In this document: positions 45,751 through 55,684 of the stretch, in pieces
Position numbering within the stretch: the first letter of the stretch is position 1
How the letters are laid out: each line of letters opens with the position of its first letter
IMG/VR virus record: IMGVR_UViG_3300019287_000008
Strand: one strand, 5' to 3'
Source: an uncultured virus (IMG/VR IMGVR_UViG_3300019287_000008)
Taxonomy: Duplodnaviria; Heunggongvirae; Uroviricota; Caudoviricetes
Length of the DNA stretch: 64,000 nt
Position numbers and translations under genes: made by a program
Notes under the pieces: model-generated
The model's input: the letters and a program-made list of their open reading frames with translations, nothing else
Told to the model about the DNA's origin: nothing
The model's database searches: none

Positions 45751-46260
45751 ATGCCAGACCCTACATTAGGAGCAAAGAAACCAGTGACAGCCACAATCAA
45801 AATATCGTGGCTGCTCTATGACATCATGAATGAGACGTTCCTGCGCGGACGTACCATTCAGAATAAGGAGAATCACAAAGAGGTAGCAAGTATGTTCGCC
45901 TCCGAGGACGAGGAGAACCGCGAGAAAATACTGCGTTCCGTCAAGCGAGCCTTTGCCGAGGTGCAGACTGAACTCGGAGAGTATCTCAACGAGAACGGCA
46001 CAACCACGGATAACAGTCACTATGACGGAAGCCATGACCTTATCCTCAACCTCACTATGCCGAGCAACTTCAACGAAGCGGCTACGACAGGCGTAGGCGA
46101 GGCTGTCCATGCCTATCTCGCCAACTCGGCCATCGCCGATTGGTATATGGTGACCAACAAGGCTGACGCGGAACAATACTACACCCTCGCCAACAAGAAT
46201 ATGGAGTTAATCCGTCAGACCGTGAGCAAGCGTAGCCGTCCGACACGTCCAACAGACTAA
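45751..46260 (+). CDS. Putative structural (adaptor/ring-like) protein, paralog 2
   Basis: LLYDI...VHAYLANSAIADW; same PTRPTD* ending as paralog 1. Confidence 0.55.
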   Translation: MPDPTLGAKKPVTATIKISWLLYDIMNETFLRGRTIQNKENHKEVASMFASEDEENREKILRSVKRAFAEVQTELGEYLNENGTTTDNSHYDGSHDLILNLTMPSNFNEAATTGVGEAVHAYLANSAIADWYMVTNKADAEQYYTLANKNMELIRQTVSKRSRPTRPTD

Positions 46261-46271
46261 CCCAACAGCCC

Positions 46272-46796
46272 ATGAGTTGCTTTTTGGAGGAAAAGGACGG
46301 CTCGCTGAATGCCGTGTTGGGATTCAAGCGCGACCAACTGCTGTATGACATAAAGAACTATGCCTACATAGAGGGTAGCGTGATGGACACGGAAAGCAAC
46401 CACAACCGCCACATGGTGCAGGATGTAGGCGAAGAGGGTAATGTGGACCGTGTGACCAGAGTGCTGAACCTGACTGTTGCGAAATGCAGGGAACTCTTGT
46501 ATCCATACACCAAGAACGAGCTGCACCGCACGGAACTGAACGACACCCTGCGAGAGCCGAAAGTATATGGAATAGTGTTGAGTGTTCCTACAGATTTCTC
46601 GCAGACCACGCTCTACCTGCTTGAGAACCTCATACACGAATATCTTGTGTGCAAGGCTGTGTCGGATTGGTTGAGCATAACCAATCCAGCAAAGGCGCAG
46701 GTGTGGGAGGCGAAAGCAGAGGACGCAGAGAGCGAGATACGGGCAAATCTGCACGCAAGGATAGCAAGGACACGCCGACGACTCCACCCATTTTAA
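46272..46796 (+). CDS. Putative structural (adaptor/ring-like) protein, paralog 3
   Basis: LLYDI...IHEYLVCKAVSDW. Confidence 0.55.
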   Translation: MSCFLEEKDGSLNAVLGFKRDQLLYDIKNYAYIEGSVMDTESNHNRHMVQDVGEEGNVDRVTRVLNLTVAKCRELLYPYTKNELHRTELNDTLREPKVYGIVLSVPTDFSQTTLYLLENLIHEYLVCKAVSDWLSITNPAKAQVWEAKAEDAESEIRANLHARIARTRRRLHPF

Positions 46797-46813
46797 GGTT
46801 GCCATATTAAAGC

Positions 46814-46855
46814 GAAAGACCGCTGTGCATCACGCATGGCGGCCTTTCTTTTTTT
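46814..46855. terminator. Intrinsic terminator between convergent operons
   Basis: GAAAGACCGCTGTGC/GCATGGCGGCCTTTC stem followed by T7. Confidence 0.75.
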
Positions 46856-46876
46856 ACAATAGAAATAGTACATGAG

Positions 46877-49558
46877 TTATCTCGGTTGATTAGTGAGGCG
46901 TGGCGTGAACTGGACTGACGCGCCAAAGATACTTTCATCGGCACCAAGTGTAGCCACTCCTGCTATTCGGAAATATTTGTAAGGTGTTCCTCGGAAACCT
47001 CGTAAGAAATGGTCTTTGCTTGACCATACCAAATGCCAATTAACCAAATCGCGTGAGCCATATAGCGCAGTTGCCACATTCCCATTACGGAAGAATCCTC
47101 GCTGAATGATGTTGTCAATAGTCTTGTGGATATTGATTGTGTCAAGTTTTAGAGGCCGTGTAACAAACATACTCTTGACTTGCTTGGCTTCGGTCTCGGA
47201 GAAATTAACTATGTTGTTATTGTTATCAACAGCCAGTGCTTCGGGATAGGAGTTGAGATGAGAGGCAATATTAGAAAATGTCATGCCCCACAGTTTTGAT
47301 TTCAGCGAGAATACATAGGCGTAGGTAATGCCCGGCGCATAGACTATGACACGCTGGTGGACATAGTCGTAAATCATACGACATTGTTTCAGGAACTCTG
47401 TAAACGGAAGCGTAGGCAGGCATTTGTCATTAACCGGAGAATGCCCTAACATATCGTGCAGTTTACTGAAACCAGGCAAGTCAAGAGCATTAAAAGGATA
47501 TTCCGAATTAATTGCTTCAGAAATACATTGTGTCTGAGAACCCGATATGAGCATGATTCCTCGATCCGTGGGGAACAACACTGCACTATCCAGTTGGGTA
47601 ATGCCATCGGCATTTATACAGACATCACGTGTGATAGGTTGCCGCGCCGAATATGTGCCAGTAGCCGACACTTCCAACGCCCATACGCCCTCAGATGTGA
47701 AAGCATAAAGAGGGAACTGACCAAACTGCCCCTCGGAAAGAGCCTTTGCAGCCGAACAAATGCCTTTTATTTCCCCAGTTCCAACCGTGTTTATGCCGAG
47801 AACCGGGAACACAAAAGGATTGTTGACCTCGGAGGTGTAAATCTTATTTGGAATATCAATCGTGCGGTCTGCGTTTGAACTTGCAGATGGCATACTGCCG
47901 CTCATTCCGGGATTATCCCAACCTGCAAAGTAGAAAGCACCATTGAGGAAACCATGCTGCTCCAGTTGAACCTCATAGCAGGAGGGAAAACCATACCAAG
48001 AGACAATGACCGCCTTGTAGGCATTGACATTTGGATAGTATAAGAAAATGAATGGAGCGTCAAGACTTGCCATTTGACAACTCTCTCCTTGTACAATGAT
48101 ATCCTTTCCGTCTTGCTTTATAAAGAAATAGACTCCGACACTGGCTTTGTTATCTAAATAAGTCGGTGGCACATCTGCCCAGTTGGCTACATATCCGTCG
48201 GTATGGCACATCAAGGCTCCCGAATTGTATTCTGCATAGAGACGTTTAGATATATTACTCAGATTGAGGCGCGAATTGTATGTAAAGCAGTATCGTGGTA
48301 TGAGAGTATCATGGCTGTCGTAATCATCAGTCATAACTTCTCGTGTCACCAATGATTGTAGATAATCTTCTTCAACGGTCAGTTTTGTACGCGTAGTGGA
48401 AAGTTGCTCTACCTTAATACTCTCAAGCAGATAGAACTGAGATGTTGAGCGAATATCTTCTTTGACAGCATCAACGCTTCGGCGAGGAATCATCAAACGC
48501 CCCATCGGATATGAAAGATTAGTGGGGTTGAACGTGAAGGCGTAAAGTTTGTTGAACGTGTTGCGCTGATAACGCAGAGGATATGTTGCTGTAGAGGCCG
48601 CCTGATTGGTATGCTTGCACACACAATAGGAATTATATCCCTCGGACTTGGCGAACTTGGTACACTTGCCGTTCTGGTCGTAAGTGTAAATCGGTTTAGA
48701 AATAAAGACATCTACCGAGCGCACAATATCTTTCCAGTTATTGAGCATATCAAGCCTCGATTGAAGAATCACGGCATAATCAAGGGTATGCACCATTGCG
48801 CAGACACGAAGCTGCGCATCGGTGTATTTACCTTTGCCAGTGATGTGAGACCAAAACACCTGCGGAGTAAGGTCAGATGATGCTATCATGAGAACCGGCG
48901 AAGAGTGCATTGTGAGCGAACCATCGTAGAGACGGTAGGCGTAGCGGACGAAGAAAGGAAAGATGAACTTGCCCTTATTGGTGGACTCATCAGCAATAAA
49001 CTTATTGATATGTGCAAGCACTTGGTCTGTTATCCGAGTCTTGTTGTTATCTGAAAACTCGTTCCAAATGCTACCCTCATTGATGGAGTCAAAGGAAATG
49101 GAAAATTCATCAGTCCTCACCATCTCGCCCTGCAATCCAAACGAGATAGGACATTCGGGTATCTTACCGCCCAAATAGAGATAGCCAGTTGCGCCACCTT
49201 TCCAAAGATAGTATTGCATGCCATCATCAGTAAGGAATATCAGTGTGTTGCCGACTGATGTAACCTTTATATACTTTGATATTGTTCCGATGGTTGTCAG
49301 TGTGTCCGGGGTCTCTTTATCATACCAACTAAAAGAGTTTGAATTTTGGACGATATAATGTGTATATCCCGAATTTTTATGGATATACACGCAATTACCG
49401 ATAGTTGCAGATGTCTGTCCTTCAATTTTCGGAGGCAGGACCGGTTTCAATGCTCCATCTTCCGGCACAAGATTTATGGCTACTGCAAGTTCGCCGTCCT
49501 GACATTCGTAGTCGGACGGCTGTGCGGAGTAGCCATTGTACTTTATTTCTTTGTTCAT
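46877..49558 (-). CDS. Putative tail hub/nozzle (stabilisation) protein, 893 aa
   Basis: Beta-rich; DGELAVAINL N-terminus, NKIYTSEVNNPF and FVTRPLKL resemble podovirus nozzle proteins. Confidence 0.5.
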   Translation of the reverse strand: MNKEIKYNGYSAQPSDYECQDGELAVAINLVPEDGALKPVLPPKIEGQTSATIGNCVYIHKNSGYTHYIVQNSNSFSWYDKETPDTLTTIGTISKYIKVTSVGNTLIFLTDDGMQYYLWKGGATGYLYLGGKIPECPISFGLQGEMVRTDEFSISFDSINEGSIWNEFSDNNKTRITDQVLAHINKFIADESTNKGKFIFPFFVRYAYRLYDGSLTMHSSPVLMIASSDLTPQVFWSHITGKGKYTDAQLRVCAMVHTLDYAVILQSRLDMLNNWKDIVRSVDVFISKPIYTYDQNGKCTKFAKSEGYNSYCVCKHTNQAASTATYPLRYQRNTFNKLYAFTFNPTNLSYPMGRLMIPRRSVDAVKEDIRSTSQFYLLESIKVEQLSTTRTKLTVEEDYLQSLVTREVMTDDYDSHDTLIPRYCFTYNSRLNLSNISKRLYAEYNSGALMCHTDGYVANWADVPPTYLDNKASVGVYFFIKQDGKDIIVQGESCQMASLDAPFIFLYYPNVNAYKAVIVSWYGFPSCYEVQLEQHGFLNGAFYFAGWDNPGMSGSMPSASSNADRTIDIPNKIYTSEVNNPFVFPVLGINTVGTGEIKGICSAAKALSEGQFGQFPLYAFTSEGVWALEVSATGTYSARQPITRDVCINADGITQLDSAVLFPTDRGIMLISGSQTQCISEAINSEYPFNALDLPGFSKLHDMLGHSPVNDKCLPTLPFTEFLKQCRMIYDYVHQRVIVYAPGITYAYVFSLKSKLWGMTFSNIASHLNSYPEALAVDNNNNIVNFSETEAKQVKSMFVTRPLKLDTINIHKTIDNIIQRGFFRNGNVATALYGSRDLVNWHLVWSSKDHFLRGFRGTPYKYFRIAGVATLGADESIFGASVQFTPRLTNQPR

Positions 49559-49926
49559 AGCGTAAGCGCAGTTATGATTGGGAGATATGTTGTATCACCA
49601 CGAACGAAAGCCTCGCCAACCATGTAGGCGACTTGTTCAGCCTTCACTCCGACTGAATCAAGCAGGGCCCGACATAGGCGCACGGAGTATGCGCAGTAGT
49701 TGTTGCTCCCTCTTTTGGTGGGATAGCACTGTGCCTCATGGCGACCGATGTTGTTGACTCGGTGGACAGCATGCAAAAGATACTCGCCGTTGCTCACGGC
49801 TATGTTGATTGAATCACCCGGACGCAGGGTGAGGATACGCGCCACTTTTGCCGTAATGCGGATAGTTCCTCTTTTACGGCTGAATGAGATATCGGGTCGG
49901 CGCGTATGTTCCAATAGTTTAATCAT
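49555..49926 (-). CDS. Hypothetical protein (123 aa)
   Basis: ATG 49926 immediately downstream of a TATCTTTG promoter; stop overlaps the start of the 893-aa gene. Confidence 0.65.
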   Translation of the reverse strand: MIKLLEHTRRPDISFSRKRGTIRITAKVARILTLRPGDSINIAVSNGEYLLHAVHRVNNIGRHEAQCYPTKRGSNNYCAYSVRLCRALLDSVGVKAEQVAYMVGEAFVRGDTTYLPIITALTL

Positions 49927-49931
49927 GGGGG

Positions 49932-49973
49932 CAAAGATACTGGGGTTTGGTTGTGATATTGTTTTAAGTTTAG
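49932..49973 (-). promoter_or_regulatory. Promoter for the leftward structural pair
   Basis: CTAAACTTAAA (49973-49963) plus TATCTTTG (49939-49932). Confidence 0.65.
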
Positions 49974-51340
49974 AAAAGCGAGAGTTGCTGAACGTCCGGG
50001 ATTTCTTGGCTATGCGCGGTCGGCGCACCATATTCTCGTGCCGTCTCGCAGAACATTTTGCGGAAGATATGATAGAGGCAGGCGACAACGATAGAGTTTC
50101 CTGCAAGTTTATAGAGTTGTGAATTGGATATGCCTGCGTTGAGCAATCGGTTTATATGGTGTTCGGGTACGTCCATAAGCCGGAAACATTCGCGCGGAGT
50201 AAGTTTGCGTATCCAGTATTCGATGACGGCAAAGTTATTGTCCTGCCACTTTGATGTAGTCATAGCCGGGGCAATATCAAAGAAACCGCCTTTGGCGTAT
50301 CCGTGACCGCGCTGGAGTATCTTCACTTCGCGCTGACCGCCCTCGTTGCAGTTAAGATTTCGCCCCGATGCATCGGGGCGGCCGCGCATGGCGCAGCCGC
50401 GAGGGTCAGATACAAGATAATGCCCTGTCGCATTTACTCTTGCCAGTATCGTGCCTGCTATGTCGGGGTCAACACGTTGGTTGTAGCAATCTATCCACAG
50501 CGTTTCTTCCGGGTCAACCTTTCCATCGGCAATCATGGCGTTGAGACGGCTGTTGCCGTAGATGGGAACTTTTATAAGAGTATCGCATGAGCATAACCCC
50601 TCTCGTGTCTTGATTGTTCCACTAATGCCCTCGCCAGTCTGAAAATTTGTTTTGAAACCGCAACCCTCTGACTGCTTGCGCTCGTTGTGCTTTATCAACG
50701 CCTGAATCTGCTCCTGCTTCAGCCAATACTTTTCATCAACTACATCTTCAAGGATGTGTTTCAGACGACGCACCAGTTCAAACGGCTTTGGGAATGTAAA
50801 GGGTGTATGTTCCCTACGAAAGGACACCATAAAGACGCGCTCACGATTCTGCGGAACGCCGTAGTCTTTTGCGTTGAGGACGGCATAGTAGTTGGTGTAG
50901 CCCTGCTTTATGAGCCATTTTCGCCACCTGCGGAAGTCTGCACTGAATTTCTTTTGCGTGAGAGCCTTGACATTTTCCATAAGCAGAAATCGGGGGTGCT
51001 TCTTCTCAATGGCGTTGGCGCAGGCCCATAAGCATGAAGAGCGTGTGCCGCTACCCTCGGAGAAGCCACGTTGTTTACCCACCGAAGATATATCTTGGCA
51101 AGGGAACGAATATGTGAGCAGGTCAAAGTCGGCGGTCTGCGACCAATCAATCTTGGTTATGTCGCCATGATTGGGTATAGCCTCACCGTGGAGAGTATGA
51201 TATGCTCTTATAGCATATTTGTCAATCTCCGATATTCCGACAGTCTCAAACTGGAAATCGGGGAATGATTGAGAAAGCAGGTCAAGCGCGATGGATTGAG
51301 AGCCGTAGCCTGCAAAGGCTTCAAAGACGCGGAGTTTCAT
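49970..51340 (-). CDS. DNA (cytosine-5) methyltransferase
   Basis: Motifs FAGYG, FPCQD, ENV, QNRERVF, LTPRECFRLM and AGNSIVV; start MKLRVFEAF at 51340. Confidence 0.93.
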   Translation of the reverse strand: MKLRVFEAFAGYGSQSIALDLLSQSFPDFQFETVGISEIDKYAIRAYHTLHGEAIPNHGDITKIDWSQTADFDLLTYSFPCQDISSVGKQRGFSEGSGTRSSCLWACANAIEKKHPRFLLMENVKALTQKKFSADFRRWRKWLIKQGYTNYYAVLNAKDYGVPQNRERVFMVSFRREHTPFTFPKPFELVRRLKHILEDVVDEKYWLKQEQIQALIKHNERKQSEGCGFKTNFQTGEGISGTIKTREGLCSCDTLIKVPIYGNSRLNAMIADGKVDPEETLWIDCYNQRVDPDIAGTILARVNATGHYLVSDPRGCAMRGRPDASGRNLNCNEGGQREVKILQRGHGYAKGGFFDIAPAMTTSKWQDNNFAVIEYWIRKLTPRECFRLMDVPEHHINRLLNAGISNSQLYKLAGNSIVVACLYHIFRKMFCETAREYGAPTAHSQEIPDVQQLSLF

Positions 51341-51371
51341 TATATAATTTGGCTGAAATATTGTATATAAA

Positions 51372-52286
51372 TTATCGTAGATTATGTAAATAGGCCTCAC
51401 ACTTGAATCCTTTGCGCGGCATAAAGTCGGCGAAGCTGCACGTCTTGAAGATTTGTGGCTTGTTGACGTACTGGGCGAGGTCTTTCTCATACTGCGATGG
51501 AGTGCGTTTGTTCTCAAAGTCTCGGTAAGGCATGACGTAGGGCTTTATGCCAAAGGAGCGGAGTGTTTCAATGCGATACATATCCTGCTCGATAGTGGAG
51601 TTGAACCCAACCAACACATAACACATGATTTTGTATGGCTTGATGTAGCGCGTGACCTCTCGGAGTTTGTCGGTCAAGTCAAGCGCAGGCAAATCCCATG
51701 CTATATGAATATTCCGGCGCAGACGCAGTTTGTTGAGCCAGTATGCCTGCTCCTCGTTCATAATCCTTATATCTACTCCATGCAGGTTTACTTTCTGCCC
51801 AACTTTAATCAGATAGTCAATAGCACTCTTCCAGTCGGGATTGGCGAAGAAATTATTATCAAGGACTTCTATCCATTCTCCGTTGGGGTTGAGTTGGACC
51901 GGTTCGACCGGGTGTATCTTACCTTCTTTGTCATGAACGAGGCAGAACGGACATCTGCGGATACAGCCGCGCGAAAAGAATTGGATCGAGAAAGGGTGTT
52001 GAGGATATAAAGAATAATCCATTGCCGTAGATTGCTCAATGCATTCGGGCAGTCGGCTGTGAATGTCGTAGCCAGTACCACCACGGACAACCTCGCACTT
52101 GCCGTCAAAGTCGGCAGAATCGGGAGTGAACGTGAATATTTTCGACTGATATACGCGGTCATAGTTGCCGAACATGGGCAACGCAATCTCCACGTTATCG
52201 CCCTGCAGCTTGTGCCACGCTGATATTTTCATGAGTGCGAAGTTGGAGAAGTTATGCCCATCAACGTCAACTATACCTATGTTCAT
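51372..52286 (-). CDS. Radical SAM protein
   Basis: SRGCIRRCPFC (CxxxCxxC) motif, LDNNF. Confidence 0.85.
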   Translation of the reverse strand: MNIGIVDVDGHNFSNFALMKISAWHKLQGDNVEIALPMFGNYDRVYQSKIFTFTPDSADFDGKCEVVRGGTGYDIHSRLPECIEQSTAMDYSLYPQHPFSIQFFSRGCIRRCPFCLVHDKEGKIHPVEPVQLNPNGEWIEVLDNNFFANPDWKSAIDYLIKVGQKVNLHGVDIRIMNEEQAYWLNKLRLRRNIHIAWDLPALDLTDKLREVTRYIKPYKIMCYVLVGFNSTIEQDMYRIETLRSFGIKPYVMPYRDFENKRTPSQYEKDLAQYVNKPQIFKTCSFADFMPRKGFKCEAYLHNLR

Positions 52287-52489
52287 GTGATAATGAATTG
52301 AATATTAAAATTAAACTCCCGGCAGAGCCGGACTACTTGAATGTGTTTGTATGTCTCTTCGCCATAGGGAATGAAGATGACACGCTGTTTGGTGTCAGCC
52401 TCAATTCCTTTACGGCGCAGCTTATAGAGCAGGTTGGCACGGCGTTTCTTTGCCTTGCAAAGCGCCGCGGGCGATAAGGGGAATCTCAT
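52283..52489 (-). CDS. Hypothetical protein (68 aa)
   Basis: Start/stop overlaps with both neighbours. Confidence 0.6.
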   Translation of the reverse strand: MRFPLSPAALCKAKKRRANLLYKLRRKGIEADTKQRVIFIPYGEETYKHIQVVRLCREFNFNIQFIIT

Positions 52490-52677
52490 AAGCAGTAGCG
52501 ATTAACCGAGGCACTGCGCTGAATGAGAGAGCCATCAGCGACCAAAGAGTCGAGTGCATGGCCGACCATAGAGTTTATCTCATTGCGGAGCGCGTAATCG
52601 GGCGCGATGTGTTTATGCCTCTTGTCTGCGATTATTTCCTTGACAAGAACGAGTGCGAGTTGTTTTGCGATAGTCAT
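52486..52677 (-). CDS. Hypothetical protein (63 aa)
   Basis: Start/stop overlaps with both neighbours. Confidence 0.6.
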   Translation of the reverse strand: MTIAKQLALVLVKEIIADKRHKHIAPDYALRNEINSMVGHALDSLVADGSLIQRSASVNRYCL

Positions 52678-52961
52678 GGCTGTTTAGATGTGTGTAGGGT
52701 TTCACGTTTGAGTATGAGGTAAGCTGCGAAACTATCTTCGCCTGCGCAGGTTGCTATTTCCCAACCATCAGCACCCAGTTTGCAGAGTTCGGCAATGCAC
52801 TCGTCCATTTTGTTGTATGAGTAGCGGAAGCGCATATACTCGCAGGTTATGTGATAATCTCCGTGCCTTTTGCGCTCAATGCGATTGATGAGCAGGACAA
52901 TAATAGTGATTATTACTGCCGAAATGATTACGGAAGCGAAGTGTACAAGTAATTCAATCAT
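52674..52961 (-). CDS. Membrane-anchored hypothetical protein (95 aa)
   Basis: N-terminal transmembrane segment; LGADGWE...LKR pattern (DUF4177-like). Confidence 0.55.
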   Translation of the reverse strand: MIELLVHFASVIISAVIITIIVLLINRIERKRHGDYHITCEYMRFRYSYNKMDECIAELCKLGADGWEIATCAGEDSFAAYLILKRETLHTSKQP

Positions 52962-53337
52962 TGTTATCTCCTTTCTCATCAATCTTGGTAAGCAGGGCAT
53001 CGGCGTAACACATTGCGTTACGAGCAACAATCTCGAAAAGCTTGGGATACGGGGGATTTTGTGCCACATCAATGTAAGCCTGCATAGTTCGTTCATTGCT
53101 CAATATCCCCTGCATGGCTGCTGTGGCAACTCTCAACCGGTCCTCACGCTGACAAGTGATATATCCATAACCAGTGCCTTCAAGTTGCTCCTTGATATGT
53201 TCGGCACGTTGTTTGGCGGCTCGGCGGTCTATGCGAGTGAGCCGGGCGACACACTCCTTACAGCGGTGCTTGTAGGATTTTGACATTTCGTGCTGTTCTT
53301 TCCACTGACCGCAAATTCCGCATTGCTGTTTGCTCAT
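52954..53337 (-). CDS. Hypothetical phage protein with Zn-finger-like N-terminus
   Basis: CGICG...CKEC; AAMQGIL...YADALL motif common in small phage proteins. Confidence 0.65.
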   Translation of the reverse strand: MSKQQCGICGQWKEQHEMSKSYKHRCKECVARLTRIDRRAAKQRAEHIKEQLEGTGYGYITCQREDRLRVATAAMQGILSNERTMQAYIDVAQNPPYPKLFEIVARNAMCYADALLTKIDEKGDNND

Positions 53338-53573
53338 TCCTCACCTCCTTCCTTATGGCACGGGCAGTCGGGGTCGTGGGTGATGGATACCGATGACATT
53401 CTGCCTCCCGTATCATACTTGATATAATAATGACCGTCAAAATAGATTCGACTCATGCAATGGTGGTTGCGTGGTATTTGAGGTGCAGGCTGTGTTTGTG
53501 TTTTTGAGTCTGCGCATCCGCTCAGGCACACGGCGCAGAGGACGGCGGCGAGGATGGTTGTAAGGTGTTTCAT
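53334..53573 (-). CDS. Small lipoprotein
   Basis: Signal peptide with LSGC lipobox; HDPDCPCH C-terminus. Confidence 0.7.
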   Translation of the reverse strand: MKHLTTILAAVLCAVCLSGCADSKTQTQPAPQIPRNHHCMSRIYFDGHYYIKYDTGGRMSSVSITHDPDCPCHKEGGEE

Positions 53574-53794
53574 ATTGATTTGGATATTCGGTTAAACAAT
53601 TCATTCAACTCTTGCCATCCCTCGCTTTTGCTCACCTTGCGCCAACTGCGATACTTCTTACGCCATTCACAAGGGAGTTTCGCTCGTTTGGCGGCAGTCA
53701 TTAGCTGTGCCCCAGTGTAGGGGAAATCAAGTCTGCTCAACTCTTGATACTCGGCTTTGGCTTTGAGTATCTTCATTGCTATTCTTGCTTTCAT
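53570..53794 (-). CDS. Hypothetical protein (74 aa)
   Basis: Coupled ORF in the leftward operon. Confidence 0.55.
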   Translation of the reverse strand: MKARIAMKILKAKAEYQELSRLDFPYTGAQLMTAAKRAKLPCEWRKKYRSWRKVSKSEGWQELNELFNRISKSI

Positions 53795-53867
53795 TTCTTC
53801 TTCGGTTTAATGGTGATGGAGACTTCGAGAGGTTTGGACTCCCATGTGCCTCGGAATTTAATTGTTC

Positions 53868-54245
53868 TCATTTCTCGTTGATTTTGTCAAGAAGTTCCTG
53901 CGCTTCGCTCCGTGCGAAGTCCTTGTCATCTTCATAAGGGAATTCCTTGATGAGACAGTAACAGATGCTCTCAATGTGTTCGCCTGCATAGGTGGACTTG
54001 CGCACATAGACTTTCATGAACACCCGGCAAGTGGAGTTGCTATCGTCCTCCTCAATCTCAAAGTGGCGGTCATACTTTGAGGAGTTCTCAATGCGGTCCA
54101 GTGAACGAGAGAGTTTGTCTCGCTCATCCTTGGTCTTGTTGAGGAGGTTCTGACGGCGAGTGCTGATGACAGCAGAGCGACCGAACAGGAACGCGAAGAT
54201 TGCCAAGAGGCAGATTGCTGTTGTTGTTACGATTGTCATTGTCAT
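53868..54245 (-). CDS. Hypothetical protein with N-terminal transmembrane segment
   Basis: 125-aa ORF ending IKEFPYEDDKDFARSEAQELLDKINEK. Confidence 0.65.
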   Translation of the reverse strand: MTMTIVTTTAICLLAIFAFLFGRSAVISTRRQNLLNKTKDERDKLSRSLDRIENSSKYDRHFEIEEDDSNSTCRVFMKVYVRKSTYAGEHIESICYCLIKEFPYEDDKDFARSEAQELLDKINEK

Positions 54246-54264
54246 TTTGATTTCTGATTGATTG

Positions 54265-55098
54265 TTATCTCCGACTTGTGCCAGTCAGTTCGATTATGTT
54301 ATATGATTTGAGACGATCGACCGTGCGTCCATAGACATCAGCAAATTCTTTGGCAAGCTGCTGTACAGACAGATTGGTCGTAAGGTGTCCACGGATATTC
54401 CACTGCGTCCATATCTCATATCGTGCATGGAGGAACTCTGTTACCAGTTTCTTGCCGTCCTGCCCGAAGAATGATTGTGTCTGCAATCCGATATCGTTGA
54501 GGCAGACATTAGACGGGCGGCACCCATCAAATGTGTTATCTTCCTTGACGCTGGAGCGGTCGTTGTAGGTGTATCGGTTGAGGTTGTTGTTGATGGTGTA
54601 GTAATTGACCATTTCAGTAACCGATACATTGAAAAATGAATTGGGGTTATTGGTCCGGCGCAGATATTCGGAGAAGAGCTGCATAAGGAAAGTCTTGCCT
54701 ACGCCCTTGTCGCCACGTATAAGCAGAGGCTTTGCAAGTTTAAAGCGTTTGTCGGGAAATATCTGCTCGGCGAGGGAACAGTTGTTGAAGTAGTACAACA
54801 GAAAGATTATTATCTTATTGTTGTTATCATCAATCACGAACTTGCGCCGTTGTGGGGCAAGAACAATATCCTCAGCGACACGGCAGAGGAAATCCCAGTG
54901 ACATTTGAAAATGTCGGGGTCGGTCAAATCGGGGAATGACTTGCTTGTCCTGCTTATATCAAGGCGCACTTGATTGAGAGCCTTGTCTATCTTCAGTTTC
55001 TCATCGCGCAAAGCGTCAAGTCGGCGTTTCTCCATGACCTTAGCTACGGCTTCGGGAGGAAGCCCTGTGGTATTTTCTGTTACATAACTCATAATCAT
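54265..55098 (-). CDS. P-loop ATPase, DnaC/IstB-like helicase loader
   Basis: GDKGVGKT, CLNDIG, LTTNL and DRL motifs; downstream of the initiator. Confidence 0.8.
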   Translation of the reverse strand: MIMSYVTENTTGLPPEAVAKVMEKRRLDALRDEKLKIDKALNQVRLDISRTSKSFPDLTDPDIFKCHWDFLCRVAEDIVLAPQRRKFVIDDNNNKIIIFLLYYFNNCSLAEQIFPDKRFKLAKPLLIRGDKGVGKTFLMQLFSEYLRRTNNPNSFFNVSVTEMVNYYTINNNLNRYTYNDRSSVKEDNTFDGCRPSNVCLNDIGLQTQSFFGQDGKKLVTEFLHARYEIWTQWNIRGHLTTNLSVQQLAKEFADVYGRTVDRLKSYNIIELTGTSRR

Positions 55099-55682
55099 TG
55101 TTCTTCATAATCCATACCTCCGAAATCATCACCCACTTCCGGGAAAGGCACTGAAGAGTTATCGGGTATGGCCTGGGGTATTGTTGTTTGCTGTTGGGGA
55201 TAAGCCTTTGTCATCCAGTAGCGCAAATGACTCTGACAATCTACGAAACTATCATGATGTTCCTTGCCCTTGCGTGCCTTGTCATCGTTACAGCGATCGA
55301 GGAAACGAGAGAGCCGCTTATCATACTCTTCCGCAGTGATGTTGAAATCCTCGCAGATAGTTATGCGCCATTTCTCGTCATTTCTCATCTGCTCAACTTC
55401 CTGTTCGTAGGTAAGGACGTATGCAGATTCAGCCGAAGCCACCTGCTTCTTGGTGCGCTTGCGCCCACCTTTCTTGCCATTCTCAAACCGAGCGGTGTTC
55501 ACGTCAATGTTAGGCTTTATCAGCGTGAACATACCCTTTGCGACTTCGGAGAGGCTCTTCGGTATCTTGCCGAACAGGGCATACTCGCAGATGGCAGGAT
55601 ATATTTCAGCCTGCACATCTGACGGCATACACCTTATAGCCTCGTAGAAGCTGCGGTAGAATATGAAACTCTCACGGTCCAT
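55095..55682 (-). CDS. Replication initiator-like protein (DUF6291-type N-terminus)
   Basis: RESFIFYRSFYEAI...AICEYAL...IKPNID...NGKKGGR. Confidence 0.75.
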   Translation of the reverse strand: MDRESFIFYRSFYEAIRCMPSDVQAEIYPAICEYALFGKIPKSLSEVAKGMFTLIKPNIDVNTARFENGKKGGRKRTKKQVASAESAYVLTYEQEVEQMRNDEKWRITICEDFNITAEEYDKRLSRFLDRCNDDKARKGKEHHDSFVDCQSHLRYWMTKAYPQQQTTIPQAIPDNSSVPFPEVGDDFGGMDYEEQ

Positions 55683-55684
55683 AA

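Noticed and set aside
46877..49558. Second DGR target elsewhere in the window
   Set aside because: No additional TR-like copy found by eye here or in other genes; a blastn of TR against the whole genome would be needed to exclude remote targets.
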